From the NCBI GenBank assembly GCA_964016885.1, contig OZ024757.1:2232001-2296000 (forward strand): a stretch of DNA of 64,000 bases, given 5' to 3'. Source of the stretch: Eledone cirrhosa (lineage: Eukaryota). The position numbers and the translations under genes are program-made. Shown here in pieces: positions 43,340-56,833 of this stretch (position 1 is the stretch's first letter; every line of letters begins with the position of its first letter). The notes beneath the pieces are model-generated. The model saw nothing but the letters and a program-made list of their open reading frames with translations. It had not been told where the DNA came from and ran no database searches.

Positions 43340-45445
43340 AAGGAGGAAGTTATAGAATGAACTATATACAGAGATCCCGGACATGACTGCAGCCCAGATC
43401 GAAAAACAGACCAACTCCATCTGGTTCGACATCTGTAAGAGAAGACAACTCCCACATAAAGTTAAGTTCAACTACACCACTAGAAATAGCAGAATCATCA
43501 AGACCCACAAGAATAGTACTAAGACACAAATAAGACCCATCGTCTCTAGCATAGAAGGACCCCTATACAAAATTTCCTGGCTCCTCTCCCAGGTCCTCAA
43601 GCCTCTACTCTCCACCTTTCCCGGGCACGTCAGTAGCTCCGACGAAGTCATACGTAGACTACACCAACTCCAGCCAGAACAACTTAAACTCAATAGATAC
43701 GCTTTTAGCCTCGACGTTGTCTCCCTCTACACTACAGTTCCCGCTCATCCAGCTGTCCATTTATTGACGGACTGCGTGGTCGCAGAGGACATCCACTGCT
43801 ATGGCTTCCTTCCAACGGACATACACCAGCTTTTGTCCTTCACAGTGGACAACACGTACTTCACCTTCCACCACCACAGACAGACAACAGGATTACCCAT
43901 GGGATCCAGCCTATCGGGCCTGCTGGCCATCACCTATATAAACCAGCTAGAATGCTGAGCCCTCAACACCTGCCATTCCCATACCTTCTTCACCCGATAT
44001 GTAGATGACATACTCATCCTTACATCATCCCTTGAGGAGGCGGATAAACTATACACAACATTCTCCAGCATGGACGCCAGTATAAAGTTCAGCATGGAAC
44101 ACCCCGATGACCGCGGATCCCTATCCCTACTGGACTTCCAACTCAGGGTAACAGAGGAAGGCAACGTCCACACTTGCTTCTATAAAAAAGCCGCCAGCAA
44201 GGACCTGTTCGTACATTTCAGATCGGCCCTCCCAGCCAGCGCTAAGTTCGGATACATAAGGAACGAACTAACACGTATCCGGAACAAATGCACCGACGCT
44301 AGAGACCGAGACACACACCACACATTTCCTCGAAGTACTCAAACTGAACAGATACACGACATCCACCACAAACCGTGCCAGTAAGAACAGAGGACACCAC
44401 ACCCGAGGCACTAACACTTGCTTCCTGAAGCTCCCACACTTCAGTGACGAAACAACAACAGCCATCCGCAGAGCTATCAGACGAGAGGGACTAGATATCC
44501 AACTGGCCCACTCAGGTCCTTCTCTACGCGGACAGCTAACCAAAAGACACTCCACCAGACATGACAACCACTGTAGACTAGCCAATTGCCCCATCAACGA
44601 CACAGACCTATGCCACCAGGCTTACGTCGTATACAGACTAGAGTGTGACAAATGCAGCAACTTCTACGTAGGTAGCACCACCAGACCACTCCACATAAGA
44701 ATAAAAGAACACCTCAATACTAACGCTTCTTCATTTAAGAAACACCTAGTTAAATGCAAAAACACCGACAAAACCATAACAGTTAGGATAGAAACTAAGG
44801 AAAGAAACCTCGGCAATCTTAGAATTAAGGAAGCACTAATTATAGACAAAACACAACCACCAATCAATAATAGACTAGAACTCAACACCCAATTTATAAC
44901 TTGATATAGCATCTAGCCCCATATTTAACCCCCCTCCCAACACACGCACACACACACACGCACACACACACACATACGCTTACACCTCCACTTATTCTCT
45001 CTCATACACACACATACACACACAAAGACCAGTTCTAACACGAGATAACATCTATCCCCCACATTTACGTATAGACATATCTTCTCACACTCACACACAC
45101 ACACACACACACATACTTACACCTCACACATTTTCCCCACACACTTAAACAGGCATGTACAAAAAAACCCTTTTAAAGGGAGACTTCTCCTTATCCACCT
45201 AACCTTAACTCTTTGAGATTAGAGATAGAACAGATACTCTATACCCTTTCCTGTCAGCATGACTTGGCAAGCTATTTAGAACACTGGTTTAACCGCTTTA
45301 CTTCCCTCCGAAGAAGAGATATTATCTCGAAAATTAAGGATATTTAAATAAATCTAAGGTAAAAGACTAATTGTCAACAATATCTTTTGCATTTGCATTC
45401 TTTATTCTATGTCCATACCTGCATTGTTTTGGCTTTATTATACAT
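43340..45445 (+). mobile_element. Penelope-like element (RT plus C-terminal GIY-YIG), degenerate
   Basis: RPIVS, FSLDVVSLYT, QTTGLPMGSSLS, stop at 43956, RYVDD, LDF, frameshift ~44320, then CPIND..LC..AYVVYRLECDKCSNFYVGSTTRPLHIRIKEH ending at TGA 44904. A hammerhead-like motif lies in the 3' region. Confidence 0.92.
45305..45339 (+). ncRNA. Minimal hammerhead motif in the PLE 3' pseudo-LTR (U4C variant or decayed)
   Basis: cct CCGAAGA a gagata-t-tatctc GAAA at TA agg. Confidence 0.6.
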
Positions 45446-46822
45446 ATACAAACGTTTATATATATATAAGTTAAAACAATGAAATAAAAAAATCAAGTCA
45501 TTAGAGATATACTTCACTGCTTTACGATCGTTTCTAGATGGTGATAATACATTGTATCAATACTCAGTTATTGATCTATGTAAGTTTACAAACTATCAGA
45601 TAGAGAGAATATTTACTTACATGCATATCACCAGCTGTTTTCAAAAGCAATAATAATTTTATTCAATAATAATTTTACTCAGAATTAGTAGCATGTTAGT
45701 ATCATGTCCTTATTTGGAGGTATTTGAAGAACTAACGAATCAAATTGTTTTTTTCATATGGTGTTAAGATGAAAAGTAATACACTTTAGTTGAGGTCATG
45801 ACCCTTTGAAAGGAATGGTTGAAGGGTGTTAGTAGAAATGGCATAAAAATCTATTAGGAAGGAAGGGGATAGTCAAAATGATAGTTGAATGTATCTTGTA
45901 TAGTGACTTTAAAAGGAATGTCAAAATAAATGGTAATTAGTGTTGTATTGAGTTTTAAGGTGAATATAAATTAATGTTATGGCTAGGAAAGATAGTATAT
46001 TAAAAGATGAAAATTATAATAAGATAATTGTTTCTAATTATAATAAGATAATTATAATAAGATAATGAGATATAGTAATGCGATAATAGCCATAACATTA
46101 ATTTATATTCACCTTAAAACTCAATACAACACTAATTACCATTTATGTTGACATTCCTTTTAAAGTCACTATACAAGATACATTCAACTATCAGTTTGAC
46201 AATCCCCTTCCTTCCTAATAGATTTTTATCCTATTTCTACTAACACTCTTCAACCATTCCTTTCAAAGGGTCATGACCTCAACTAAAGTGTATTACTTTT
46301 CATCTTAACACCATATGAAAAAAACAATTTGATTCGTTAGTTCTTCAAATACCTCCAAATAAGGACATGATACTAACATGCTACTAATTCTGAGTAAAAT
46401 TATTATTGAATAAAATTATTATTGCGTTTGAAAACAGCTGGTGATATGCATGTAAGTAAATATTCTCTCTATCTGATAGTTTGTAAACTTACATAGATCA
46501 ATAACTGAGTATAGATACAATGTATTATCACCATCTAGAAACGATCGTAAAGCAGTGAAGTATATCTCTAATGATCTGATTTTTTATTTCATTGTTTTAA
46601 CTTATATCATGACTCTCTTTTCCTTTTAATATTTTATTGTTTTCTGAGATTTATCTTAACCTACAACATTTTCAACATATGGATTACATCGAGTTCTTCA
46701 TACAGAATAGACCCCACAACTTACAGTGGATACCTCTGTGCATTATCTCCTTTAATATATTTTTTATAATTGATTATAATATTTAGTTGAGCTCTTTTTT
46801 TTAATCTAATTCCTGTATCACA

Positions 46823-49126
46823 ATGGAAAAACAATATTTGGGTACTTCATTCCAATTCCACCTAAAGATGAATATCGACTCTTACTCATACAAAAAACTA
46901 ACCAATTTATTAGGAAAATGAGAAGGAGGGCCTACCATTTTGACAACAAAACTAATACAAATGAAATGAAGTACCGCTATGGATTCAAAACATACAAAAA
47001 TCCTCCTCATAATATTCAACTGGAAAATTTTGTGAGCGCCCTACAGAACATGATTAAAAACATAAAGTTCAGAAAACACAAATCAGAATTCCAAAAGGGA
47101 TTGGACTCTACCCTTCTACAACTGAAAAATTCAAACAAAGGTCCATGTCCATTCTGACAAAACTGGTAACTTGTACCATATGGATATCGATAAATATAAC
47201 CAGTTCATATATAAAGAACTTAGAAAGAATTATAAGAAAGCAAATACCACCGCACTAACATCCTTGAACAACATATCATGTGATATAGTAAAAAAGCTCC
47301 AGATTGAAGATAGGACTGAGCCTTTCACGCCTAAAAGCCCACACTTCAACCTGAAAGACCATAAATCTGACTTTAACTCGAACCCATCTATTAGACTGAT
47401 ATGTCCATCAAAATCTGATATCGGTAATATCAGCAAAAAGATTATTGATCGTATCTTTCCGGAAATTAGAAAATTTGTAACACATCCACTATGGGATAAC
47501 ACTTCCCAAGTTATCGAATGGTTTACTAGCATTGAGAATAAAAACTCAGCTTCATTCATTCAATTCGACATCGATTCCTACTATTCTTCGATTTCTCTAA
47601 TTCTTTTAAACAAAGCACTGATCTTTGCCAGAAATAGATCGGATTTATCTACTGAGGAAATCAACATCATAAGTCACGCTAGAAAAACCTTACTAAACTT
47701 CCAAGATGAATATTGGACAAGAAACACGTATAACAATTTATTCGATATTACGATGGGATCCATGAACTCTGCTCAAATTACAGACCTCGTTGGACTATTT
47801 CTCCTCTATAACATTCATGACTCTTTTCCACACCTCAAAGGTGGTCTTTATCGGGATGATTGTCTATTGTTATCTAACAATCTTAGCAATTCCAATATAG
47901 AGAAGAACAAAAAGCAAATTAGAAAATTCCTCAAGGACTATTATAACCTTAGCATCACTTTTGAAAACACTTCAAAAGTAGCTAATTTCCTTGATGTTAC
48001 CTTAGATCCCTCTACGAATACTTATCAACCATACCACAAACCTAACCAGAACCTACATTATGTACATTCACGATCTAACCACCCTGGCTCTATACTCAAG
48101 AACTTAGTATATAACATATCTCTTAGACTTTCTAAATTATCTTCCAATGAAGATATATTTTATAATAATGCACCCTTCTACAACGAGGCCTTAACTAGAA
48201 GTGGAGATAAAGAAAAAATCTCATATATCCCCAACACTACTATGGACCAAAACATAAACCCTAACAAAAACTACAAACACCAAAAAATACCATTGAAACA
48301 AATACCTAAAGTGGTTATTCTTATTACACCAAACAACCGAAAAACCACAACAACTATTACTACACGATCTATGACCAATGTTATCAATCCACATATGAAT
48401 ACCAAGCACTCAAAATCTCATAATCTACCCAAAAATAACACCAAATACAACCACGATAATTTACCAAATTCCACAAATAAGGACACTAACCATAGGAATT
48501 CTTCTAGAAGAAAACACAATAATATAAGGGATAATAAAAATTTAACTAAAACCCGCAAAAGAAACATAACATGGTACAACGCACCCTTCAACCTGCAAAC
48601 TATTGGAAAAATCCCCCCAAAATTCTTTGAAATACTACATAAACATTTTCCACCAAACCACAGATACCACCAAATATTTAACAAATATACTGTTAAATTC
48701 TCATACTCTACATCAAGCAATCTCAAACAAAAAATAAGCAACTACAACATTTATAAACTTAAAAATAATGTGACTACACCACCGCAACATAATTTAAATA
48801 GGGCTGCACCTTTTAAAAAGACAAATAATACAATCCTTCAACCTAGAAAACACAACCACCCAAATCACCAACGCAAAAACAACAGAACACAAAATTACAA
48901 TATAACTCTAGCACCAAACCACCTACAAAGCAACCTTCATTCTCCTGCTATCATTAATTACAATAGGAATAGCTCAAGGATAAATGAGAATAGTATAGGC
49001 ACCCCCCAAAACCATCTTACGTATGGCTGTAATTGCAGAAATACTATAAACCTAATGAAATATTCTAAACAGCAACTCACTATAATTCCGTATAGAATAA
49101 CATTTATTAGCACCTCTTTCCCCTAA
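46823..49126 (+). pseudogene. PLE reverse transcriptase ORF, frameshifted near 47150; no GIY-YIG visible after CNCR
   Basis: MRRRAY, YGFKT, DKTGN, LKDHK, RLICPSKS, QFDIDSYY, FDITMGS, GLYRDD, FLDVTLD, SNHP, RKRNITWYNAPF, KFSYS and CNCR. Confidence 0.88.
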
Positions 49127-49376
49127 TTATATGCTTTCATGCTTATTTTTGCCTTTTAATGTTTTAGCTTCCTTAGATTTATGCGTTAATGACTAAAGGC
49201 AACAAGATACACAACCACCCGTAATTGCATGAGTAAAAATATACATCTATGTATGATATGGAAATATATTTATGTGTGTGTATATTTGTGTGTATATATA
49301 TGTATGTATATATGTTTATGTATGTGTATATGTGTATATATGTATGTACTTGTATATGTATGTGTGTATGTGTATG

Positions 49377-49410
<34 letters not shown>

Positions 49411-50570
49411 TGTATAAGTGTATATATATGTATATATATGTATGTGTTTGTGTGTGTCTATATGTGAGTATGTGCACATGTAAGAGGAGTGTACATATAC
49501 TCACACAAGTGTATGTGTGTGTGTGTGTTGTATATATATATATATATATATATATGTTAATATGTATATATGTATGTATGTATCTATGTATGTATGTATG
49601 TATGTATGTATGTATGTATGTATGTATGTATGTATGTATGTATGTATGTATGCATGTGTGTGTGTGTATATGTATGTATATGTATATATGTATGTATGAG
49701 TATGTGTGTGTGTATATATATATATGTATATGTATATATATATATGTATATATATATGTATATATATGTATGTGTATATGTATATGTATATATGGGGGTA
49801 TAGATGTGTATGTGTGGATATATATATGTATGGATATGTATATATATGACTATATGCATGCGTGTGGATATGTATTTAGGTTTGCATCTATTTGTACGTA
49901 TGTATATTTTGGTTAGATATCAATATAACTGTACCTCTCTCTATATATAGTGTGGATATATACACTTTGTAGACTATGAAATTTATGTGTTTTAACTATG
50001 CCAACATGTACTTATCTGAGTTTGATTGTTTATGCATAAGCATACTTAGTAGTATTTTAGAGCGTATAATATGTTATATTATACTAAGTGCAATTTACCA
50101 CACCGTACTATATTGTGTTGGTTAAGTTGTATATTATCGCATTACTATATCTCATTATCTTATTATAATTATCTTATTATAATTAGAAACAATTATCTTA
50201 TTATAATTTTCATCTTTTAATATACTATCTTTCCTAGCCATAACATTAATTTATATTCACCTTAAAACTCAATACAACACTAATTACCATTTATGTTGAC
50301 ATTCCTTTTAAAGTCACTATACAAGATACATTCAACTATCATTTTGACTATCCCCTTCCTTCCTAATAGATTTTTATTCTATTTCTACTAACACCCTTCA
50401 ACCATTCCTTTCAAAGGGTCATGACCTCAACTAAAGTGTATTACTTTTCATCTTAACACCATATGAAAAAAACAATTTGATTCGTTAGTTCTTCAAATAC
50501 CTCCAAATAAGGACATGATACTAACATGCTACTAATTCTGAGTAAAATTATTATTGAATAAAATTATTAT

Positions 50571-50702
50571 TGCTTTTGAAAACAGCTGGTGATATGCATG
50601 TAAGTAAATATTCTCTCTATCTGATAGTTTGTAAACTTACATAGATCAATAACTGAGTATAGATACAATGTATTATCATCATCTAGAAACGATCGTAAAG
50701 CA
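50571..50702 (+). ncRNA. Variant hammerhead (core UUGAAAA, ~100-nt stem II domain) in the pLTR; other copies at 46423-46554 (+) and 45518-45649 (-)
   Basis: tgctt TTGAAAA cagctggtgata...tatca(c/t)catcta GAAA cgatcg TA aagca. Stem I is 5 bp and stem III is palindromic. Confidence 0.6.
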
Positions 50703-50880
50703 GTGAAGTATATCTCTAATGACTTGATTTTTTTATTTCATTGTTTTAACTTATATCATGACTCTGTTTTCCTTTTAATGTTTTATTGTTTTCTGAGATT
50801 TATCTTAACCTACATTTTCAACATATGGATTACATCGAGTTCTTCATACAGAATAGACCCCACAACTTACAGTGGATAAC

Positions 50881-50953
<73 letters not shown>

Positions 50954-51021
50954 ATATATATATATATATATTATATATATATATTATATATATATATACA
51001 TATATTACATATATATTATAT

Positions 51022-51109
<88 letters not shown>

Positions 51110-51160
51110 TTTATATATATATAAAATATACATAATATCTATTATATATATATAATATAC

Positions 51161-51225
<65 letters not shown>

Positions 51226-51394
51226 CCATTTATTACTCCACCCAACATATCTTACCCAACATAATTCTATCCGATAGGAACCCTAGAACCTTATCTAAAT
51301 TCCAAATGTGTTCACATACTTAGAAGGGCCTATATTACCTCGTACTAATTATAACTGTATTATAGATGTAATGTGAAGTCCCATCACTAGGAAG

Positions 51395-51600
51395 GGAGTT
51401 GTCACAGCAGGGAAGTTGTGGGTTCGATTGCCGCCAGTGGCACACTCAGTCTTTTAACCAGACACTATATTTCACTCCGCCCAGCTCTTAAAACAAAATG
51501 AGTTGCACCTGTAATTTCATAAGTCAGTCTTGTCATACATTGAACCTTGCTGAATCTCCCTGAGAATAGAAGATACACGCTGTATTTTCAAACGATGGAA
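51395..51600 (+). mobile_element. Degenerate CORE-like SINE
   Basis: GGGTTCGATT B box, ACACTATATTTCAC and AAATGAGT segments resemble the 38885-39020 family. Confidence 0.4.
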
Positions 51601-51639
51601 GATTTAGCGTTAAGACCGTACTTAGGATAAGAAACCCGG

Positions 51640-51769
51640 GACATGGGACTGTGAGGAATGGAGATCCCTTGTCAGTCAGTGTTCTATAGGGAGGAAAAAC
51701 AACTGAAGAACGAGGAGGAGGGGGATGAGAAGGCAAAGAAGTCTATCTATCTATCTATCTATCTATCTC

Positions 51770-51826
<57 letters not shown>

Positions 51827-53415
51827 GTATGGATTTCGGTCCATACCTCGACGGCCTGCCGCGACTCTCGGACGGGGAGGCGAAGTTCTGCGAAAGCCGA
51901 TTTCGGCCGCTGAGATAGGGGACGCGCTGAGCCAATGCGGCAAACGCAAATCGCCAGGTCTCGGCGGTCTACCCTACGAATTTTACGTAGCAATGCCGGA
52001 CTTGTTCTCCGGTCTCCTCGAAGCGGTCTACTGCAACTGGCAGCAGAACGGGAGAATTCCCAGTTCTGTGACCAAGGGCGTAGTCACGCTGGTCAGGAAG
52101 GACGAGAACAAGGAGGACGACATTAATAACTTCAGGCCCATAACTCTGTTAAACACAGAGTTACAGATTTTGGCCAAGGTGTTAGCAAAGAGGCTGGCGC
52201 TTGTCGTCGAAAACCTGGTGGGAGAAGCGCAGACATGCGCAATCCCGACCAGGTCCATACACGACAGTAATGGTGTCGAGCACCTCGCAAATCGGGGAAG
52301 TCGGCACCTTACTGGAGGAATACGAAAGGTTCACAGGAGCGAAGCTGAACCGGGACAAATCCGTCGGTTTGCAACACCGATCGTGGAGAAGCAAACCGAT
52401 GCCTTCCGACGGCGTCGTCGGACACTGGACGGAGGGACCGGTGAAGCTGCTCATGGTCTGGTTCGTACCGGACCTCCAGGTGGAGAAAAACTGGAACGAA
52501 GTGACGGCCAAGGTGTTTGCGCTCGCCCAGAAGTGGGCCGAGTGCAAACTATCCTTGAAAGGTCGAGCGGAGGTGGCGAACGCTTTCATAGCGTCCGTCA
52601 TCTACTACCACTTGACCGTCCTGCCTTGTCCAAGTAAAACGCTCACCAAAACGGAGCGCGCGCTCTTCCAATTCCTTTGGAAGAAGCGGGATCCTTTGGT
52701 GAGAAGATCCATCTGCTGTCAACACCCTTCAAACGGAGGACTGGGGATGCCGTGGCTGACGATGCGCAAACACGCACTCAGGCGCTCACAGTCCTCTGGC
52801 AAACGGACCCGGCGATCAGTGGAGACTCCATCTCGTCATTCTATAAAGGGTTGGTCCGCAGCAAGTGCGACGACACTCTCGGAGAAACTCTAGGCGTAGA
52901 GGAAGACGCACTGGCCAGTCTGTTTGGTAGGACATTCCGCCCGGGACCGATGGACAACTTCCAAAAGTCCCTGGTCTGGCAGTGGTACCGAGGAGCTCTA
53001 CTCGTTCGAGAAAGCTCTACAGACACGGGCGCCCGGGCAGGGATCCCTCGAAAAAGATCTGTCCGAGATACGTGTGGGACAAGGAAACCGTCGCGCACGC
53101 ATTCGTGCACTGCCCAGGCGTTACCGACCTGTGGAGCTATGCAGAACGACTACCGTCGCGGGTGGGAGAAATTCGGTTGACCACCGAGTCCATTATTGCG
53201 ATCAAACCGCCACCTTCCTTCAAAAACGGAGAGGCGGTTTTCCTCTGTGTAATGGCTATATGGTGGACGAGACTGAAAGGGCTGAGGTCAGACACCTTTC
53301 TCTCCGGCGAACAACTGGTTCGCTTCTTCAAATATAATTTTAGAAGAAGAGAGAGAGAGGTGCTGCACCCCAGCAAATTTTACGTAAGGTTAGTGAATGT
53401 GGCAAAGATGGTCCC
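51640..53415 (+). mobile_element. Tx1/L1-clade LINE ORF2 remnant with internal deletions and an (ATCT)n insertion
   Basis: KSPGLGGLPYEFY, FRPITLLNT, LAKVLAKRL, QTCAIP, TGAKLNRDKS, LSLKGR, GGLGMP and ETVAHAFVHC spread over several frames. Confidence 0.9.
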
Positions 53416-53587
53416 ATAATTATATTTCACGCCCCAAACTACCAAAACACATTTATGTGATATACGCTATAATGTTATGTTTATCGCACATCGAGGTTTC
53501 TGACCATTTTAGAGTACAGAGAGCTAAACTAATCACAACCATATTGACCAAATGTGACTCCATCCCATTCAGGAATGCTTCCACAGC

Positions 53588-53634
<47 letters not shown>

Positions 53635-53734
53635 TGTATATGTGTATATACATATGTGTAAATACGTATATACACATGCACATATGTATGTATATGTATA
53701 CATGTATATACATGTGTGCATGTGTATGTATATG

Positions 53735-54068
53735 CGTGGGGACATAGGAATAGTCGGGCTGGACACCCGATCACGCGGTTAAACCACTGGGAGTGAAGAA
53801 CCCTAGCCTTTGTCAGGGCATTCTTCTATGTGAAGGCAACTCAGGAAACTGGGATAACTCAGTAGTTACCGATGATGTTGACCTTTTCTTCTTTTCAGGT
53901 TATAGCTGCTGTCGCTCAGAGAGTGGGATTGGCTCAGTGCACAGTCTTTCCTCACTTTCAAAAAAAAATCTTCACGCACAGGCATTGCACGATTGCATTA
54001 ATTAATAATTATTGATAATGGTATATCGTGCAAGGGCCATACTCGATAACGAGGGGGGCAGCCATCAT
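53735..54068 (+). mobile_element. Diverged relative of the RTE-derived non-autonomous element
   Basis: Shares TAGCCTTTGTCA, GATGTTGAC.T.TTCTTCTTTT, GAGAGTGGGA.TGGCT and the 3' end GGCC.TACTCGA.AACGAG..GGCAGCCA with the reverse complement of 24977-25586. Confidence 0.6.
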
Positions 54069-54104
54069 GTATTCACACACATATAGGTTTGTGTATATAT
54101 ATAT

Positions 54105-54762
54105 ATTTAACTTTGATAGGTTTCGGCCAGTATTGGCCCAGGCCATGTCTAACTTAATAGCACCACCTGGCGAAGTCTTACAAATCAGTGTTTGGGCACC
54201 ATGGCCCACTCGAGCAGAGAGTTATTGTTTACGGAGGCATATCCGGGTGTAGGAGGCTTATCCAGGATTTCTTGAAGGAATTTATCCAAAGACTTCTTGA
54301 ACTTGATGGGGTCTGTCTCTGCTTTGATGTGTTTTGGTGTAATATTAAAGAGTGTAATGTTAAAGAGTGCGGGGCCAATTGAGGTAAAATAATTGTGCCG
54401 TATTGTTGTTATGAGATGCGAGTGGGACTTTTGTCCTGGGCGGATAGCACGGGACCCAAGTGTACACTAAAGATGATGCCAACATCATTTGCGCAAAGCT
54501 GATGGAATATTTTCCACATCATACAAATAATGTAGCGCTCACGGCGACGTTGAAGAGAATAAATTTTAAGCTTTTCTAAACGACCCCATAGTCAAGGCTT
54601 GTCATGCCAACTATCTTTTTTGTAATTGAACTTTGGGGGGCTTCAACTTTCATGATACTTTGTTTCGTGTGGGGTGACCACAGTGGACAACAGTATTCAA
54701 GGTGGGGTCGGGCAAAAGTGGAGAAGAGAAGGATAACAGTGTGAATATCTCTCGCCTGGAAT
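54105..54762 (-). mobile_element. 5'-truncated copy of the same LINE family as 15833-19005
   Basis: ILLFSTFARPHLEYCCPLWSPHTKQSIMK and a near-identical 3' UTR on the reverse strand. Confidence 0.92.
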
Positions 54763-54783
54763 GCACACACACACACAGACACA

Positions 54784-54824
<41 letters not shown>

Positions 54825-54871
54825 ACACGCACACATATAGCCATCACCCTTAGTAATATTAAAGATTTCTG

Positions 54872-55073
54872 ATTTAGGCAAAAGGACAATAATTGTGGGG
54901 TAGGGGAAAGTCGATTAAACGACCCCAGTACATTACTGGTACTATATTTTAACGAGCTCGTATGGATGAAAGGCAAAGCTAACCTTAGTGTGATTTGAAC
55001 TCAGAACGCCATAACTCTATGCCGCAAAGCATGTTATTGGACGCTCTACCGATTACAACCAATTCACCGCCCT
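54872..55073 (-). mobile_element. Meta-domain-like tRNA SINE, diverged
   Basis: Reverse-complement homology to the family. Confidence 0.8.
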
Positions 55074-55580
55074 TCATAATAATAGTTCTTTTATTTGACA
55101 CGGCATAACTTTATATAAATAGGTAGATAAGTTGATAAGTGGGATAGTTCTCTCTCCTCCCCCTCTCTCCCTCTCTCTATCCCTCTCTCTATCTTCTCCT
55201 CTCTCCTTTACGTCTATATGGATTATTATCTACCTTACTCATACAAATATACGCATGTGTGTATATATGTATATATACATGTGTATATATGTATATACGC
55301 ATGTGTATATATGTATATATGCATGTGTATATATATAAATATGCATGTGTATATATGTATATATGCATGTGTACATGTGTATATATGTATATATGTATAT
55401 ATGCATGTGTATATATGTATATATGGATGTGTACATGTGTATATATGTATATATGCATGTGTATATATGTATATATGCATGTGTACATATGTATATATGC
55501 ATGTGTATATATGTATATATGCCGCCACAGTGGAGGATGCCATGTAATATATATATACACACACTTACATCTGTATATAT

Positions 55581-55623
<43 letters not shown>

Positions 55624-55656
55624 CACACTTACATATATATATCTATACACACACAC

Positions 55657-55711
<55 letters not shown>

Positions 55712-55966
55712 CATACACACATATACACACCCATACATATAAATATATATATACACACACATACATACACACACACACACATATATATACACACACACAT
55801 GCACACACAGACACAGACACACACACACACCCCACATATATATATGCCACAACAGTGGTGCCAGCTAGATGTGCCGCACCTTCACAGTTTGAGAGCCGCC
55901 AATATCTCACACATATTTTCCTAACCTTTGACGTTATTTTATATCATTATACTGATAAATATCTAC

Positions 55967-56020
<54 letters not shown>

Positions 56021-56029
56021 AAATAGATA

Positions 56030-56231
56030 TAATGGTTTCTTATATAGGCACAAGGCCAGCAATTTTAGAGGAGGGGAAAGTCGATTAAATCGACCCCAGT
56101 GCGTGACTTGTGCTTTATTTTACCGACCCCGCAAGGATGAAAGGCAAAATTAACCTCAGCGGGATTTGAACTCAGATCATAAAGGGCCGCAACTCTATGC
56201 TGCAAAGCATGGCGTCCGACCCTCTATCGAT
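56030..56231 (-). mobile_element. Meta-domain-like tRNA SINE
   Basis: Reverse-complement homology to the family. Confidence 0.85.
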
Positions 56232-56307
56232 AATATATATATATATATATATATAGATATAGATAGGTAAATATACACGGGTGTGTATGATTGTGTATAG
56301 AAGATTA

Positions 56308-56554
56308 TATTAATAAGAGGAATTCTAACTTTGTTTGATTTACTCGTTTTATTTACAATCCTTTAAAATATATATAATATAATATGGTATTATAATGAAA
56401 TAGTATGATAGAATATTAAATTCTAAGTGTTAATTGAACACTTAGAATTTAATATTCTATCATACTATTTCATTATAATACCATATTATATTATATATAT
56501 TTTAAAGGATTGTAAATAAAACGAGTAAATCAGACAAAGTTGGAATACCTCTTA

Positions 56555-56560
<6 letters not shown>
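56308..56560. repeat. AT-rich palindrome (~125-bp arms)
   Basis: Arms are reverse complements around 56434. Confidence 0.9.
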
Positions 56561-56631
<71 letters not shown>

Positions 56632-56633
<2 letters not shown>

Positions 56634-56791
56634 GGAGGGTCATATTTGTGTAATATTGCCAGAATTAATAACAGAACACACTCACTGTATTTTTGACAGT
56701 TGGTCAGTCAATGGCAACAATGAGGACCGAATAAGTTAAATTACCGATATAAAAGACATAGAAGCGAAAAGCGAACACCAACAACACTGTT

Positions 56792-56833
<42 letters not shown>

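Larger units (their letters stand above)
45466..50886 (+). mobile_element. Near-complete Penelope-like element (Hydra-clade-like): inverted partial pLTR 45466-46086, direct pLTR 46087-46737, RT ORF, 3' pLTR ~50135-50886
   Basis: Three highly similar 620-750 bp repeats (one inverted) bracket the RT ORF. Both ends are in (TA)n. Confidence 0.9.

Noticed and set aside
43956-43958. In-frame TGA in the PLE RT as selenocysteine (as in Naiad PLEs)
   Set aside because: It is not at a conserved Cys and is best explained as CGA-to-TGA decay. The element also has a frameshift and a C-terminal endonuclease.
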